NCBI GenBank assembly: GCA_951406725.2
Contig: OX597824.1
Coordinates: forward strand, 12,338,001-12,402,000
Direction: 5' to 3'
DNA from: Octopus vulgaris
Lineage: Eukaryota
Length of the DNA: 64,000 nucleotides
In this document: positions 25,965-39,511 of the stretch, one piece after another
How the letters are laid out: the number at the start of each line of letters is the position of its first letter
Numbering within the stretch: position 1 is the first letter of the stretch
Notes under the pieces: generated by a model
Database searches by the model: none
What the model was told of the DNA's origin: nothing
What the model saw: the letters and a program-made list of their open reading frames with translations, nothing else
Translations under genes and position numbers: made by a program

Positions 25965-26347
25965 GGAGGCGCAATGGCCCAGTGGTTAGGGCAGCGGACT
26001 CGCGGTCGTAGGATCGCGGTTTCGATTCCCAGACCGGGCGTTGTGAGTGTTTATTGAGCGAAAACACCTAAAGCTCCACGAGGCTCCTGCAGGGGATGGT
26101 GGTGATCCCTGCTGTACTCTTTCAACACAACTTTCTCTCACTCTTACTTCCTGTTTCTGTTGTACCTGTATTTGAAAGGGACGGCCTTGTCACTCTCTGT
26201 GTCACGCTGAATATCCCCGAGAACTACGTTAAGGGTACACATGTCTGTGGAGTGCTCCGCCACTTACACGTTAATTTCACGAGCAGGCTGTTCCGTTGAT
26301 CGGATCAACCGGAACCCTCGTCGTCGTAACCGATGGAGTGCTTCCAC
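25965..26347 (+). mobile_element. 'gtggaggc' SINE, tail type 1
   Basis: Near-identical to 45503-45890. Confidence 0.9.
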
Positions 26348-26741
26348 ACATTGAATAATTTTATTATCATGCACATGGGAGTTACCTCGTATGAATTCTT
26401 TCAAAGTGGTAGGAAATGTATACTGAAAGAACCGACTGTCAAATATTTGTTATCATACGATATTATATAATTTCTCCAAATCTCCTCGGAAACGGTCTGC
26501 TGTCTGTAGATAATTTAGAGAATCTTGAAAAATTCTCCCCAAACTGTAATTTTAGATTGTTTTAAATTGTGTAATTTTTTACTATATCGCTGCTTGTTAT
26601 GTACATTATATCATTTTAATGATGGTGGTGATGAAGATGGCGCCAATGAAGTTGGCGACGTATTTGCATTTTTGCTTATATTTTGTGTCATTTTTTATCA
26701 TCAAAGCGAATAAGCACACATTTTGCCTCTTCAATTATCTA

Positions 26742-27104
26742 TCTATATATATAAAGCTGAAGTTGTCTGTGTATGGCAGGTTTGGTAGCCTTCAACTAAC
26801 ACTATCTCCTCCGAGACCCTGCAGCGCAAGTTGATCAAAATTGAGAGTATGATAGAAGAAGGCTTGTTAAATCGGACCATGTTAAGACCAAATATTATTT
26901 ACATCAAAAAGGTGTTTTTTCTATGAAAATCCCTATTTTTTACGATTTTTTGACTGCTGTGTCGCCATTTTTCGGTGCATTTCAACCAGAAAAATGTTCA
27001 CTTAAAGAGAATAACAAGCTACATAATGCAAAATTTTTACATTTCAGAAATTCCAATTGTAAAGGGTCGAAACAAATCTGAGCAACGCCGGGCGATATTG
27101 CTAG
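26742..27104 (+). mobile_element. Non-autonomous Helitron
   Basis: a|TCTATATATATAAAGCTGAAG 5' end; 3' hairpin-like 'ctgagcaacgccggg' then CTAG|t; A-T insertion site, no TSD. Confidence 0.8.
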
Positions 27105-27267
27105 TAATAGTATAAAGCTTAAAGAATATTTAAAGATGTCTTTTTTTCCATTCACCTTAATGTTAAGTGAGCGGCCGACTTTGATAGCAGAACAAGGGAT
27201 CTTTTTAATTTTTATTTTGTGATCCAAACGCAACACTATCAAGTTGGCTGTTATTGCTGCTGTTGCT

Positions 27268-27643
27268 GTTGTGCGAATCGGTCTTCGTCCCAGAGCTCGC
27301 AAGATGGGAGAAGTCTGAAACGTGGTCCTTTGCTATTCGTAAGACCCGCAGAAGAGAAAGCAGGTCAACCCCCGACACCGAGAGCATCGACGGATGGATG
27401 AATGCGCATCCAGGCTCAGCGGTTGCATAGGAAGTCGGGGACAAGAAACAGGAAGAAAGAGTGAGAGAGAAAGTTGGGGCGAAAGAGTACAACAGGGGGT
27501 CGCCATCACCCCCTGCCATATCCTCGTGGAGCTTTAGGTGTTTTCGCTCAATAAACACACACAACGCCCGGTCTGGGAATCGAAACCGTGATCCTCCGAC
27601 CGCGAGTCCGCTGCCCTAACCATTGGGCCATTGCTTCTCCACT
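27268..27643 (-). mobile_element. 'gtggaggc' SINE, tail type 2
   Basis: Inverted relative of 27878-28250. Confidence 0.88.
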
Positions 27644-27877
27644 GTTGTTGCTGCTGTTTAACCCCAGGTCAATCCTGATTAAGCAGGCCTACTAGCGTTA
27701 CGCCTAAGAAATTTTTTGTGGTAATGTTGGTGTCTATAGTAACCTTAAGTCCTACGCATAACGCACATATTATCTCAGATGGATGAATAATGCACTTATG
27801 CGGAAGCGTATGAAGTTACACGTAGATCCACGCCAGACACAAAAACGATACACCTAAGCCAATACACCACAAGCAAA

Positions 27878-28250
27878 GTGGAGGCGCAATGGCCCAGTGG
27901 TTAGGGCAGCGGACTCGCGGTCGGAGGATCGCGGTTTCGATTCCCGGACCGGGCGTTGTGTGTATTTATTGAGCGAAAACACCTAAAGCTCCACGAGGCT
28001 CCGGCAGGGGGAGGGGTGACCCCTGTTGTACTCTTTCGCCCCAACTCTCTCTCACCCTTTCTTCCTGTTTCTTGTCCCCGACTTCCTACGCAACCGCTGA
28101 GCCTGGATGCGCATTCATCCAACCATCGATGCTTTCTCTTCTGCGGGTCTTACGAATAGCAAAGGACCACGTTTCGGACTTCTCCTACTACAGACAATCC
28201 TGAGGCGCGATCTTGCGAGCTCTGGGACGAAGACCGCTTCGCTCCACAAA
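27878..28250 (+). mobile_element. 'gtggaggc' SINE, tail type 2
   Basis: tRNA-like head, 'cttgcgagctctgggacgaagaccg' tail, then (CAAA)n. Confidence 0.88.
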
Positions 28251-28814
28251 CAAACAAACAAACAAACACCGCAAGCAAACAAAAGTCAACATATGCTATA
28301 TGAACATACACAACTCATCCTAGTTATCATAATTTTCTCGAATAGGGTAAAACCAAATCCATACATGAAGTTACACGGTTCATGTAGAAGCTATAGCTTA
28401 ATCCCATTAGGAAATCCAATGACATTACGCGAGCCAATACGGACCATTCTAGATGTTATAGATAACTTTTTCCTGGTAAACCGAAGTCCTTTTTCACCAA
28501 GCACTGTGTAACATACTACACTTATGTTATTCTACAAGGTGTATTTTGTATTATTAGGGTGCTCTCAGTTGGTTAATCAATATATCGGTTGATCGATTGA
28601 AAGTGATCTATAGTTGGGTTAATAATTCTCCTGATAGTCGATATAATTGTTGTTTTGTTTAGTGGAGTCGATGCATAATTAATTGGGCAATACTGCAGGA
28701 TCGGAGGTTTTAAAAAGAAGTCTAAAGATTTATCTCTTCTTGTTATTTCAGTTGATCTAAGCTTCTCTCTCCACTTCTCACACATATTTTATATTGTTCG
28801 GAGATATGAGGACC

Positions 28815-28859
28815 GTCATGTACACGTGTTTCTGCCTCAATAACCGTCATCAGCACAAC
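28815..28859 (-). ncRNA. Type I hammerhead motif (left arm of inverted pair)
   Basis: Minus strand: GTTGTG-CTGATGA-cggttattgaggca-GAAA-CACGTG-TA-CATGAC. Palindromic stem III ACACGTGT, GUA triplet, weak stem II. Confidence 0.75.
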
Positions 28860-29031
28860 AGTTGCCTGATCTTATCTCCGGCAGCCAAGGGACTTAGGCT
28901 GATACAAAAGAAAAAAAAAAGCAAAACAAAAAAACTGTAGAATTCCTGCTCCTTTTTTGTATATGGCCTAGGTAATTTGTAGTATTTCAGTTTAAGTTTA
29001 TCTTGACTACTTAAGATAAGATCGGGCAGTT

Positions 29032-29076
29032 GTCGTGCTGATGACGGCTATTGAGGCAGAAACATGCGCACACGAC
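29032..29076 (+). ncRNA. Type I hammerhead motif (right arm of inverted pair; cleavage-site U mutated)
   Basis: GTCGTG-CTGATGA-cggctattgaggca-GAAA-CATGCG-CA-CACGAC, with a perfect 6-bp stem I. Confidence 0.7.
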
Positions 29077-29384
29077 TGTCCTCATACATCCATAAACCTG
29101 TTCTGTTCCATAACACACACGCACCCGTGTGCCCGCGCGTATGTGTGTGAGAATGTGTGTGTGTGTGTGTTTACGAAAAACATACAAGCCGTGACCACAC
29201 CTCTTTTTTTTAAAAAGATAGTAGGGTTGTATAGTGTGTAGGTCATGTGTTGGTGCAATTCTATCTCCTAACAACAACTACCAGTCCACCACTACCATCA
29301 CCACAGCTACAACTACCCCTTCATCACGACAACGACGACGACAACCACCACCACCACCACTACCACCATCACCATCACCACCAC

Positions 29385-30979
29385 TACCTATTTCTTTATT
29401 ACCCACAAGGGGGTAAACACAGAGGGGACAAACAAGGACAGACATAGGTATTAAGTCGATTACATCGACCCCAGTGCGTAACTGGTACTTAATTTATCGA
29501 CCCCGAAAGGATGAAAGGCAAAGTCGACCTCGGCGGAATTTGAACTCAGAACGTAACGGCAGACGAAATACCGCTAAGCATTTCGCCCGGCGTGCTAACG
29601 TTTCTGTTAGCATCACCACCACTACCACCACCACAATGACCACAACGACGACGATGACCACCACCACCACCACCACCAATTGCTAATCTATAGTGTGTTC
29701 ACAACGTTACCCGCTATCCTTTCTAGCCGAAGGTTTTACTCTCAATAAATGTTTTAAAAATTCATTATTCATCATTCATAGATGGCGAACAATTTCACTC
29801 CATTTACATTTATATGTATTTCACATTCTCCTCATCCCTCCTAAAACATGGGCCCTTTATGCCGATTCAATAACAATTGTCCATTATCATTGTAATATAC
29901 ATACATACATACATACATACAAAATATGACGACCAGCACTTTATGCTGTATACCGCAATATTGAAATCAATAACTCTAGATACGTTATTTAAAAGTGCAA
30001 CGCTAAACGAAACTGCGTTGTAAGGAGTTTTACAAAACATCGTCTAGATATAAAGGCAATCTCGATCAATAAAACTGACACAGTGTTATTTGAGACCAAT
30101 ATTTCAGATATTAGAAGGCATCGAGCTGGTAAAATCGTTACCGCGTCCGGCAAAATGTTTAGCGGCATTTCGTTCGTCTTTACTTTCTGTGTTCAAATTC
30201 CGCCGAGATCGACTTTGTTTTTTTCACCCTTTTAGGGTTGATAAAATAAGTACTAGTTGAGCACTGGGGGGTCGAGGTAATCGACTTACTTCCCCCATTC
30301 GTAACTGATGGCCTTGTACCAAAATATGAAACCAACCAAAATATGAAACCACTATTTATCTCAGATAATTGAAATCGGTGAGTGGCAAAATCGTTAGTAC
30401 ATCGGACAAAAAGCTTAGCGGTATTTCGTCAGCCGCTACGTTCTGAGTTCAAATTCCGCCGAGGTCGACTTTGTCTTTGCATCCTTTCGGGGTCGATAAA
30501 TCAAGTCCCAGTTACGCACTGGGGTCGATGTAATCGACTTAATACCTATGTCTGTCCTTGTTTGCTCTCTTTACGTTTAGCCCTTTGTGGGTAATAAAGA
30601 AATAGGTATTTCGTCTGCCGCTACGTTCTGAGTTCAAATTCCGCCGAGGTCGACTTTGCCTTTCATCCTTTCGGGGTCGATTAAATAATAACCAGTTACG
30701 CACTGGTGTCGATGTAATCGACTTAATCCGTTTGTCTGTCCTTGTGTGTCTTCTCTATTTTTTAGCCCCTTGTGGGCAATAACGAAATAAGATACTTAAT
30801 GGGGGGATCTCTTGTTTTGAATTGTATGACTGAAGCCTTCAAAATCATAAACGTGTCAGTACCCCGTGCCGAATTCTTCATGTTTATGGTTTGGACCTTT
30901 CGTTCTATGTACACATCCACTAACTTCTCAGCGATCTGATCCTTCTTAAAATTTTCTTTCTGTGTTACATTTTTTCCAA

Positions 30980-31037
<58 letters not shown>

Positions 31038-32665
31038 TGGAGAGAGATCTGTATCGGTTTTTATTTCACGTTCCTCCTCAAATTCATTAACTGCTTCTAA
31101 TGATGTTGTTTTCGGGCTCGTAAACTTGGGCATGATAAGTCACAGGTTTCTTTTCTCTGCTATTGATGTGCTTCGATGTTACAGTACTTTCACAATAGAT
31201 ACTTTTACTTTTCGAGCCCTCAAACCACTTTTCTAGCTTACCTATTTCTTTATTACCCACAAGGGGCTAAACACAGAGGGGACAAACAAGGACAGACATA
31301 GGTATTAAGTCGATTACATCGACCCCAGTGCGTAACTGGTACTTAATTAATCGACACCGAAAGGATGAAAGGAAAAGTCGACCTCGGCGGAATTTGAGCT
31401 CAGAACGTAACGGCAGAGGAAATACGGCTACGCAATTCGTCCGACGTGCTAACGTTTCTGCCAGCTCGCCGCCTTCTTTTCTAGCTTACCTATTAACTGT
31501 TTCTGGTGTTACGTGAATTTATCGACAATATTGCACATTATACCAATAATAATCCGCGAGACAGTTTTCCGAAGAAACAGTTTCATTTTTCCAGTTGTGA
31601 GCCCAGTCCGGCTTCAGGAGTTTATCCTTGTCTTTATTATGTAGCTCCAACTCCTTGTGGCTGGCCAGTAATATTATTGCTGACACATACTGAAAGAGAT
31701 TTATAATCTCATATGTGGTTTCTGATACAACAGACATTAGATAAGCAATAGTTGTTAGCACCTCAACATTAGATAATTTCCTGCAATTTCACTTACTACT
31801 TCCAGTTCCAATTTAGAAGGCTCTTTTTTGTGTATATGTTTTAAATTGTCTGTCTTTTAGATTAATGCATTAAACCTGCTGCAGTACATCTTCCCACACC
31901 ACTTTTAGAGAATTAAAACAATTTCTATATTCCTCTGTTTATTCGAGGAAGCTATCAATTGACCGCTTTTGTTGTCTAGCAGTTTAACTATTTATTTCTT
32001 TGTATCTATACTTTGCAGTTTCCACTGATGGTATTATTGTTAAGGCGGCGAGCTGGCAGAGACGTTAGCACGCCGGGCGAAATGAGTAGCAGTATTTCGT
32101 CTGCCGTTACGTTCTGAGTTCAAATTCCGCCGAGGTCGACTTTGCCTTTCATCCTTTGGGTCGATAAATTAAGTACCAGTTACGCACTGGGGTCGATGTA
32201 ATCGACTTAATCCGTTTGTCTGTCCTTGTTTGTCCCCTCTGTGTTTAGTCCCTTGTGGGTAATAAAAAAGTTTTTAAGGCGGCGAGCTGGCAGAAACGTT
32301 AGCACGCCGGGCGAAATGCGTAGCCGTATTTCGTCTGCCGTTACGTTCTGACTTCAAATTCCGCCGAGGTCGACTTTGCCTTTCATCCTTTCGGGGTCGT
32401 TTAAATAAGTACCAGTTACGCACTAGGGTCGATGTAATCGACTTAATCCGTTTGTCTATCCTTGTTTCTCCACTCTATGTTTAGCCCCTTGTGGGTGGTA
32501 AAGAAATAGGTATTTTCGTCTATCTTTACGTTCTGAATTCAAATTCCGCCGAGGTCGACTTTGCCTTTCATCTTTTCAGGGACGATAAATTAAGTACTAG
32601 TTGCGTACTGGGGTTGATCTGATCGACTGGCCCCTCCCCCATTGTGCCTAGAATAGAAAAGAATA
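29385..32665. mobile_element. Dense cluster of Nin/Deu-like SINEs: 29385-29611(-), 30115-30350(+), 30375-30792(+, dimer), 31240-31475(-), 32043-32268(+), 32277-32665(+, dimer)
   Basis: Repeated 'ggcggcgagctggcaga..ttcaaattccgccgaggtcgactttgcctttcatcc'. Confidence 0.88.
31500..32030 (-). mobile_element. Very decayed R4-like LINE C-terminal remnant
   Basis: Minus-strand remnants such as TTIAYLMS and a KPD-like segment resemble the zinc-knuckle/RLE region seen at 18296-19020. Confidence 0.35.
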
Positions 32666-32844
32666 TTAAATAGGCAAAGTTATTTAAATTTTCCTATAAA
32701 TTTTTGCTTCCCATAGAAACTGGGAAACCGGGCCCATGAGCCTGGCTAGGCTTTAAAAAGGGCGCATTTATTTTATTTATTTTATGTATGTATGTATGCA
32801 TGTCGACTTCGGAAGGGCTGTCGAAATGTTTGTATGTATATGTG

Positions 32845-32948
<104 letters not shown>

Positions 32949-33073
32949 TAATAATAATAATAATAAAAGCGATTAAATTAGAACATAGTCATGTATATAA
33001 TGAAACGTGTAAAGGAAAGCTGTTACCTATATACATACACACCTAGATGTATGAATGTTTGTATGTATATGTG

Positions 33074-33115
<42 letters not shown>

Positions 33116-33117
33116 CA

Positions 33118-33158
<41 letters not shown>

Positions 33159-33789
33159 ATAAAATCAATAATGTTTCTCAAAAGTGATTGATCATGAGTT
33201 GTTTTAGAGAATATCGATGTTGATCATTTGTAAAATCCAGGTATTTAGGATATAAAAAAACGTTTTCGTGCCAAATGTCAACGTCTTATCTCGTTTGTGT
33301 CTCTATTTGTCTTTCCGCAGTTTTCTGTGTGTTTATGTATGTACATACACAAACAAACACACACACTCGCGCAGACATGCACACATACGTAGACAGACAC
33401 ACACACACACAGACACACAAACACATACACGCACAAGTACACACATATCCTTAGAAGGTTGTTATGACTATTCAGAGAGTGGCTATTGGCTTCGCACATA
33501 TAAGACTGTTAGCTGTATAAGCAATTCGCCGGACCCGTTGGCCGGGGATACATCACCTCTCTACAACTGGAGGAAGGAAAACGTCTTGGTCAGTTAATTT
33601 GTAAAGCATTCCTGAAACGAAAACCTGCTGTCTGACAATAGCTTGTTTTTTGGTGGGGGTTTGGAGCTATTCCCCCTTAGATTAGTTCCAGTTGCATCTA
33701 AAATGAGTCAGCGTACTAGTCGGCGAGCGGGGAATTCCATGCTTGCAACATACATTTCCTCTGATGAGAGCATCGACTAAACAACTCTT

Positions 33790-34685
33790 TAGATCTTTAT
33801 TATCGTATAAGAGCAACATTACTTTACGATTGACCAATGATGGGCGCATTTTCTGCAAATTTTTGAGCAATACTTCCAACTAACAACAATACGTTTCTGC
33901 ATTAACTATTTCGTTTTGGTTTAAAACTTCACGATAGACAATATCCTTCATACCCCACAAAACACAGAGCATATCTGTTTTTCGAGTGTTGTCATGGTTT
34001 GGGGATGGACTCCACTTTTTCATTGGGAGCTGACCATTGTCGTTTCCGCTGGATATGATTATAGAGAGCTCACTTTTCATTACTTGTGATAACTCTACCC
34101 AGGAGAGGTTCGGTTGCAAGTCTACTCTTCTGTGACGAGTAGAGAGTAACATTTGTTATTGGGAAGCAGTGAAATGACACCGGGCCCACCGACCTAGTGT
34201 AGACTCTTTTCTGATTTCACGAACGCGTTTTATGATCGAAGTGTATCTAGAATCGAACTGCTTTGCTAATTCTTGTGCAGTTTGTTTTGGATTTTCGTCG
34301 ACCACGGTTTTCAGAAGCTCAGTATGTAGAGAACTTGGTCGTCCCAATCGAGAGGAATGTGTGAAAGAAAAATTTTCTGAATAAAACTGGCCGAACCGTC
34401 GTTAGTATATATAGACAATTACAGTTTCATTTGCATAGACAGAACGAATACTTCTTGTCGTTTACACTTCTGAAGAGGTTCCTTTGAATTCACGCAGGAT
34501 TCAATATCTGATAGACGTCTGGTCTAAAATCATTTTAAAAGAGTAAAATCAATACGGATTTAATCACTGCGGTATAAAGTAAATTGTAAAGAAAGGAAAA
34601 AAATATTATAACGTAAAAACGAATGCTTATTTTACTGTAACTGATCATGCTAAAAATGCGACAGGAGTTCCTTTCCGACCTAATA
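33790..34685 (-). mobile_element. Decayed mariner transposon
   Basis: GRPSSL..KTVVDENPKQTAQELA; MLCVLWGMKDIVYREVLNQNEIVNAETYC; RPSLVNRKVMLLLYDN; TIR-like 'ttccgacctaata' at ~34675. Confidence 0.8.
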
Positions 34686-34687
34686 TG

Positions 34688-34721
<34 letters not shown>

Positions 34722-35814
34722 TCTTCGTATATCTCATGCAGCGTGCTTGTACTGTGTGGGGTGAATGACGATGTAGTTATGGGGGATGTACTCAAGTACA
34801 CACTAATAGCAAAAGACAAGTGGTCGGATAGATGTATAGGCAATCATGGATGCGTACACGATAAAATAAAATATATGTTAGCTGGAAGTGTTGTTCCCTG
34901 TATAATCTTTATTGTTTATCCTGTGAAGTCGTACGAGCTACAATGCGTCGTCAGACAGACTGAATTCCGTATTCGTCGATAAGTTGGGATTTGAGAACGT
35001 GAGCCTACATTATTTTATTGTTAGAAGAGATTACTAAATGGTAGTTTATAAAGCAAATTTCTCTAATATCCCTAAATGCCGGTTAATCCACCCCACCAAA
35101 ACCGAATTTGGCTTAGATAACCAGTATATTATGGATTATTCTATGCTTGGAATAAGAGACGTGATTTTTCTCCAATTTGGGAACACCAGTAGGACTGTAA
35201 AACAATAGTTTAGCGATATTAACGACAAACAGCATTGCAAATTTACGCATTTTGATATTAAAGACTTCTCTTCGTCAATAACCCAATAACTAAACCTCAT
35301 CTCAAAGCTTTCGTTCTCGTCAACAGCATCATACAAATCAATGAATCTTATATTAATATATTTATTCGCAAATGGCGGCTCCTTTTGGTTTTCGATAACT
35401 TGTCCTGGCTAAAAAGTAAATAGACGAATTGTTCTGATAGTTTAACAGGATCATACGATGGGGTGGAATTATGCGAAATCATTAGAATCTATATCTATTG
35501 CGTAAAAGATATTTTTTCTTCGTTGGGGGTCTGTAGAATAACGATGGTCTTTTAAATTCACTCAGTTTGAACGATGACGAATTAGACTTAAAAAGTCATC
35601 ATAAAATTATTTAAGTGAGAGAGGTTTACGAACTACAGTCGAAGTTTGTCTTAGTATAGCCACAGGACTAAATTATGCTGACATGGAAGTGTGGTTAAGA
35701 AGACCACTCTGCAACCACGTGGTTTCAGGTTCAGTTCCATCGCATAGCATTATTGGCAACTGTCCAGTATCTTGTGAGTAAGTATGGTAGACGTAAATTG
35801 TGTTGAAGCCTGTC

Positions 35815-35855
<41 letters not shown>

Positions 35856-36325
35856 TATAGAGAGAGAGAGAGAGATATAGATATATAGACGTATGTATGT
35901 ATGTATGTATGTATGTATGTATGTATGTATGTATGTATGTATGTATGTATGTATGTATGTCCTTATTATGCTAGGGCGAAGCTACCGTCATTAATAAGTC
36001 TCATTATTATAATCAACAATTTCGTAATAGGTGTCTACAGATATAATACGATATACAACCCACTTGAATGTTCTCCGAGAAATTAATAAAAGTAACAAGT
36101 AAAATATTAACGAGCAACAGTCGTCCGTCCAAATGAAATACAAATGTTTTCCTTTTCACATAATCATGTGTTGTTATTTGATACATCTGAATTAGCCGCA
36201 TATCTCTAATTCAGTTAACTTACGAAATATGATATTAATTTCGAAAGCGTATACGTAACATAGTGTGTTAAATACATGATTGCCATAAAGATAGTGCCAA
36301 ACGATTTAATTATTTACATAAAAGA

Positions 36326-37423
36326 CGAGCTATTTTGACCCGTGCTTCGCTCGGGTTTTGGTGGTGGTGGCGGCGAGCTGGCAGAAACGTTAAGCACGCC
36401 GGGCGAAATGCTTTCTGGTATTTCGTCCGCCGCTGCGTTCTGAGTTCAAATTCCGCCGAGGTCGACTTTGCCTTACATCCTTTCGGGGTCGATAAATAAA
36501 GTACCAGTTACGCACTGGAGTCGATATAATCGACTTAATCCGTGTGTCTGTCCTTGTTAGTCTCCTCAGTGTTTAGCCCCTTGCGGGTAGTAAAGAAAGA
36601 GGTGGTGTTGTTTTGTGCGTGTTGTCTCCTTTTTCCCTTTCTTCTTTTGTTCGTCTTCTTTGCCTGGTTCTTTTTATTGCCCTCTTCTTTACCCCGCTTT
36701 CCAAAATCCCCCGAATTTTTACACCCACAATTAAAGATAACCGCCTCTATCCCCTGCAGCAACACGAAAAGCCACCGTTATTCAAACAGCGCAACCTGTC
36801 TATCCCATAAAACTCAATTTTCCCCCATATTCCTCACCATGGCAACCAAACGGTAGCCCCGAGCGACTTGCAACCCTCCTCACACCATTGCCCACCCCAT
36901 TTAACCCACACCCCACCCAGTGTAAATTTTGGCGCCAATCCGACCCCATCTACCTCCCCTTAAACTGTTCCCATCCCCAAATGAGACAAATAGGTATAGG
37001 AGCACTCCGTCGGTTGCGACGATGAGGGTCCCAGCTGATACGATCAACGGAACAGCTTGCTCGTGATATTAACGTGCAAGTGGCTGAGCACTCCACAGAC
37101 ACGTGTACCCTTAACGTAGTTCTCGAGGAGATTCAGCGTGATACAGAGTGTGACAAGGCTGGCCCTTTGAAATACAGGTACAAGAGAAACAGGAAGAAAG
37201 AGTGAGAGAAAGTTGTGGTGAAAGGGTACAGCAGGGTTCACCACCATCCCCTGCCGGAGCCTCGTGGAGTTTAGGTGTTTTCGCTCAATAAACACTCACA
37301 ACGCCCGGTCTAGGAATCGAAACCGCGATCCCGCTGCCCTAACCACTGGGCCATTGCGCCTCCACGAGACAAATAACCAAGAAATCAAACAACCTTTTCG
37401 CATTTCAGCTTTATAGATATTGA
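36326..37423 (-). mobile_element. Non-autonomous Helitron carrying two nested SINEs (36370-36600 Nin-like; 36993-37365 tail type 1 with TSD GAGACAAATA)
   Basis: Minus-strand 5' end 'TCAATATCTATAAAGCTGAA' resembles the 26742 element; 3' hairpin cccgagc-gaa-gcacggg then CTCG (CTAG-like). Confidence 0.65.
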
Positions 37424-37693
37424 TAATTTTAAAGAAAAAATTCAGGAGTGTTCTATTACACTAAATATTTATATATTAAGAATAATTCTGAACCATTCAA
37501 AACTATTTTTTAACCTGGGCAACACCGAGTATTCTTTAATGAGTGTGTGTATGTGCATGTACGTGTGCATGTGTGTGTGCGTGCGTGCGTTAGTGCGTAC
37601 GTGTATGCGTGTGTACGTGTGTGTGTGTGCACAACCTTAATGGTTTATGTTAAAGCGAACATACATACATACATACATACAAATATACATACG

Positions 37694-37776
<83 letters not shown>

Positions 37777-38150
37777 GTATGTATATACGTATGCGTGTAT
37801 ATACTCATATATACGCGATCTCACTAATACACACACACACACATGTTTTACCAGACTTAATTATAAGTCAAAGAGTTTGAACATTTGCATGTTTACTCTG
37901 TCTCTAAAAGACAGTTACACGACACACGCTGACAGGTGTCAGTCGATGAGCATAAAACACGAGCTTCAGCAGATGCTAAGATCAACCAGGTTGTCATCAG
38001 TGACCGAAACATTTATTTCATTATATATATATACTTGTGGTCTGGACTTCTCAACATATAAATTGGTGTAAGTAAGTCTTCTTTTTATGATATCTAGTTT
38101 ATAAGCCATTTTCAGTACTGATAAAAATCTTCTCATAAACTTTTAACAGA

Positions 38151-38314
38151 TAGGCGTAGGAGTGGCTGTGTGGTAAGTAACTTGCTTATAAACCACATGG
38201 TTCCGAGTTCAGTCCCACTGCGTGGCACCTTGGGCAAGTGTCTTCTACTATAGCCTCAGCCCACCAAAGCCTAGTGAGTGGATTTGGTAGACAGAAACTG
38301 AAAGAAAGCCGTCG

Positions 38315-38355
<41 letters not shown>

Positions 38356-38602
38356 GCGTGTGTGTGTGTGTGTGTCTGTGTATACGTTTGTGTGTCTGAG
38401 ATTGTCCCCCCCCCCAACATCACTTGACAACCAATGCTGGTGTGTTTACGTACCCGTAACTTAGCGGTTCGGCAAAAGAGACGGATAGAATAATTACTAG
38501 GCTTCCAAAGAATAAGTCCTGGGGGTCGATTTGCTCGACTAAAGGCAGTGCTCCAGCATGGCCACAGTCAAATGACTGAAACAAGTAAAAGAGTAAAGAG
38601 TA
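38151..38602 (+). mobile_element. Full-length CORE-like SINE
   Basis: Head, core, internal TA/TG tract and 'gtaaaagagtaa' tail. Confidence 0.9.
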
Positions 38603-39193
38603 GTTATTAATTCAGCAGATGGTGTCCCTAAACCGTCGACGACATTTTCACGCAAGATATTTCAGTGATGATTGCCGATAGCACAACGCGCGGTAGCTCA
38701 GCGCACCAAAGGCAGTTCAACCCGCATATATCAGATGTTGTTACACATCGCTGGTCACAATGCGCTTTTGCACTGATTTAGCCTTCAAATGACGCTAGGC
38801 CAACATCCTCCATCTCCACATACGATCGAAGGGGGCTAGAGCGATGACGTGTTTTGCTCAAGAACACCACTCGCCGCCCAGTCAAAGAATCGAACCTACG
38901 ATCTAGCGATTGTGAGTGCAACAGCCTAACCACTAGACCACATGCCTTCACATACGCGCGTCTTTCTATATATGCATATATATGCATGTATGTGTGCATG
39001 TATATGTGTATATAATCATGTGTATATATGTATGTGCGTGTGTGTATATTTATATACATATATATCTCTTTTACTCTTTTACTTGTTTCAATCATTTGAC
39101 TGTGACCATGCTGGAGCACCGCCTTTATATATATATATGTACGTACATACATATAAAACACACTTGACAATTGTGAAAAATGACTGTCACTAC

Positions 39194-39235
39194 ATAAACC
39201 TGATGATTGCGTAGCTCATGAAAGTACTAGTTTAT
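39194..39235 (+). ncRNA. Minimal type I hammerhead motif inside a ~190-bp island between microsatellites
   Basis: ATAAAC-CTGATGA-t-TGcG tag CtCA-t-GAAA-GTAC-TA-GTTTAT. Perfect 6-bp stem I, palindromic stem III AGTACT. Confidence 0.78.
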
Positions 39236-39343
39236 TTCAATATTGTAAAATTGTAAAAAATGTAAATGATAAAACGTGAAAATCAGACTAGGTTGGAATT
39301 TCATTGATTAATATAATTTTTATACACAACCATAAAACTCAGA

Positions 39344-39344
<1 letters not shown>

Positions 39345-39415
<71 letters not shown>

Positions 39416-39474
39416 CTCTCTCTCTCTGTCTATCTATCTGTCTATCTGTCTGTCTATCTATCTATCTATCTATT

Positions 39475-39511
<37 letters not shown>

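Noticed and set aside
29385-32665. CRISPR-like or regularly spaced repeat array
   Set aside because: Repeats are 200+ bp SINEs in both orientations with irregular spacing, in eukaryotic DNA.
34921-34958. Minus-strand CTGT-CTGACGA...TC-ACAG hammerhead candidate
   Set aside because: The GAAA box is absent (GTAC) and stem II is poor; could be chance or a very old relic.
37930-38005. Minus-strand CTGATGA followed by a CAAC/GTTG hairpin
   Set aside because: No GAAA after the hairpin and no valid stem III or cleavage triplet.
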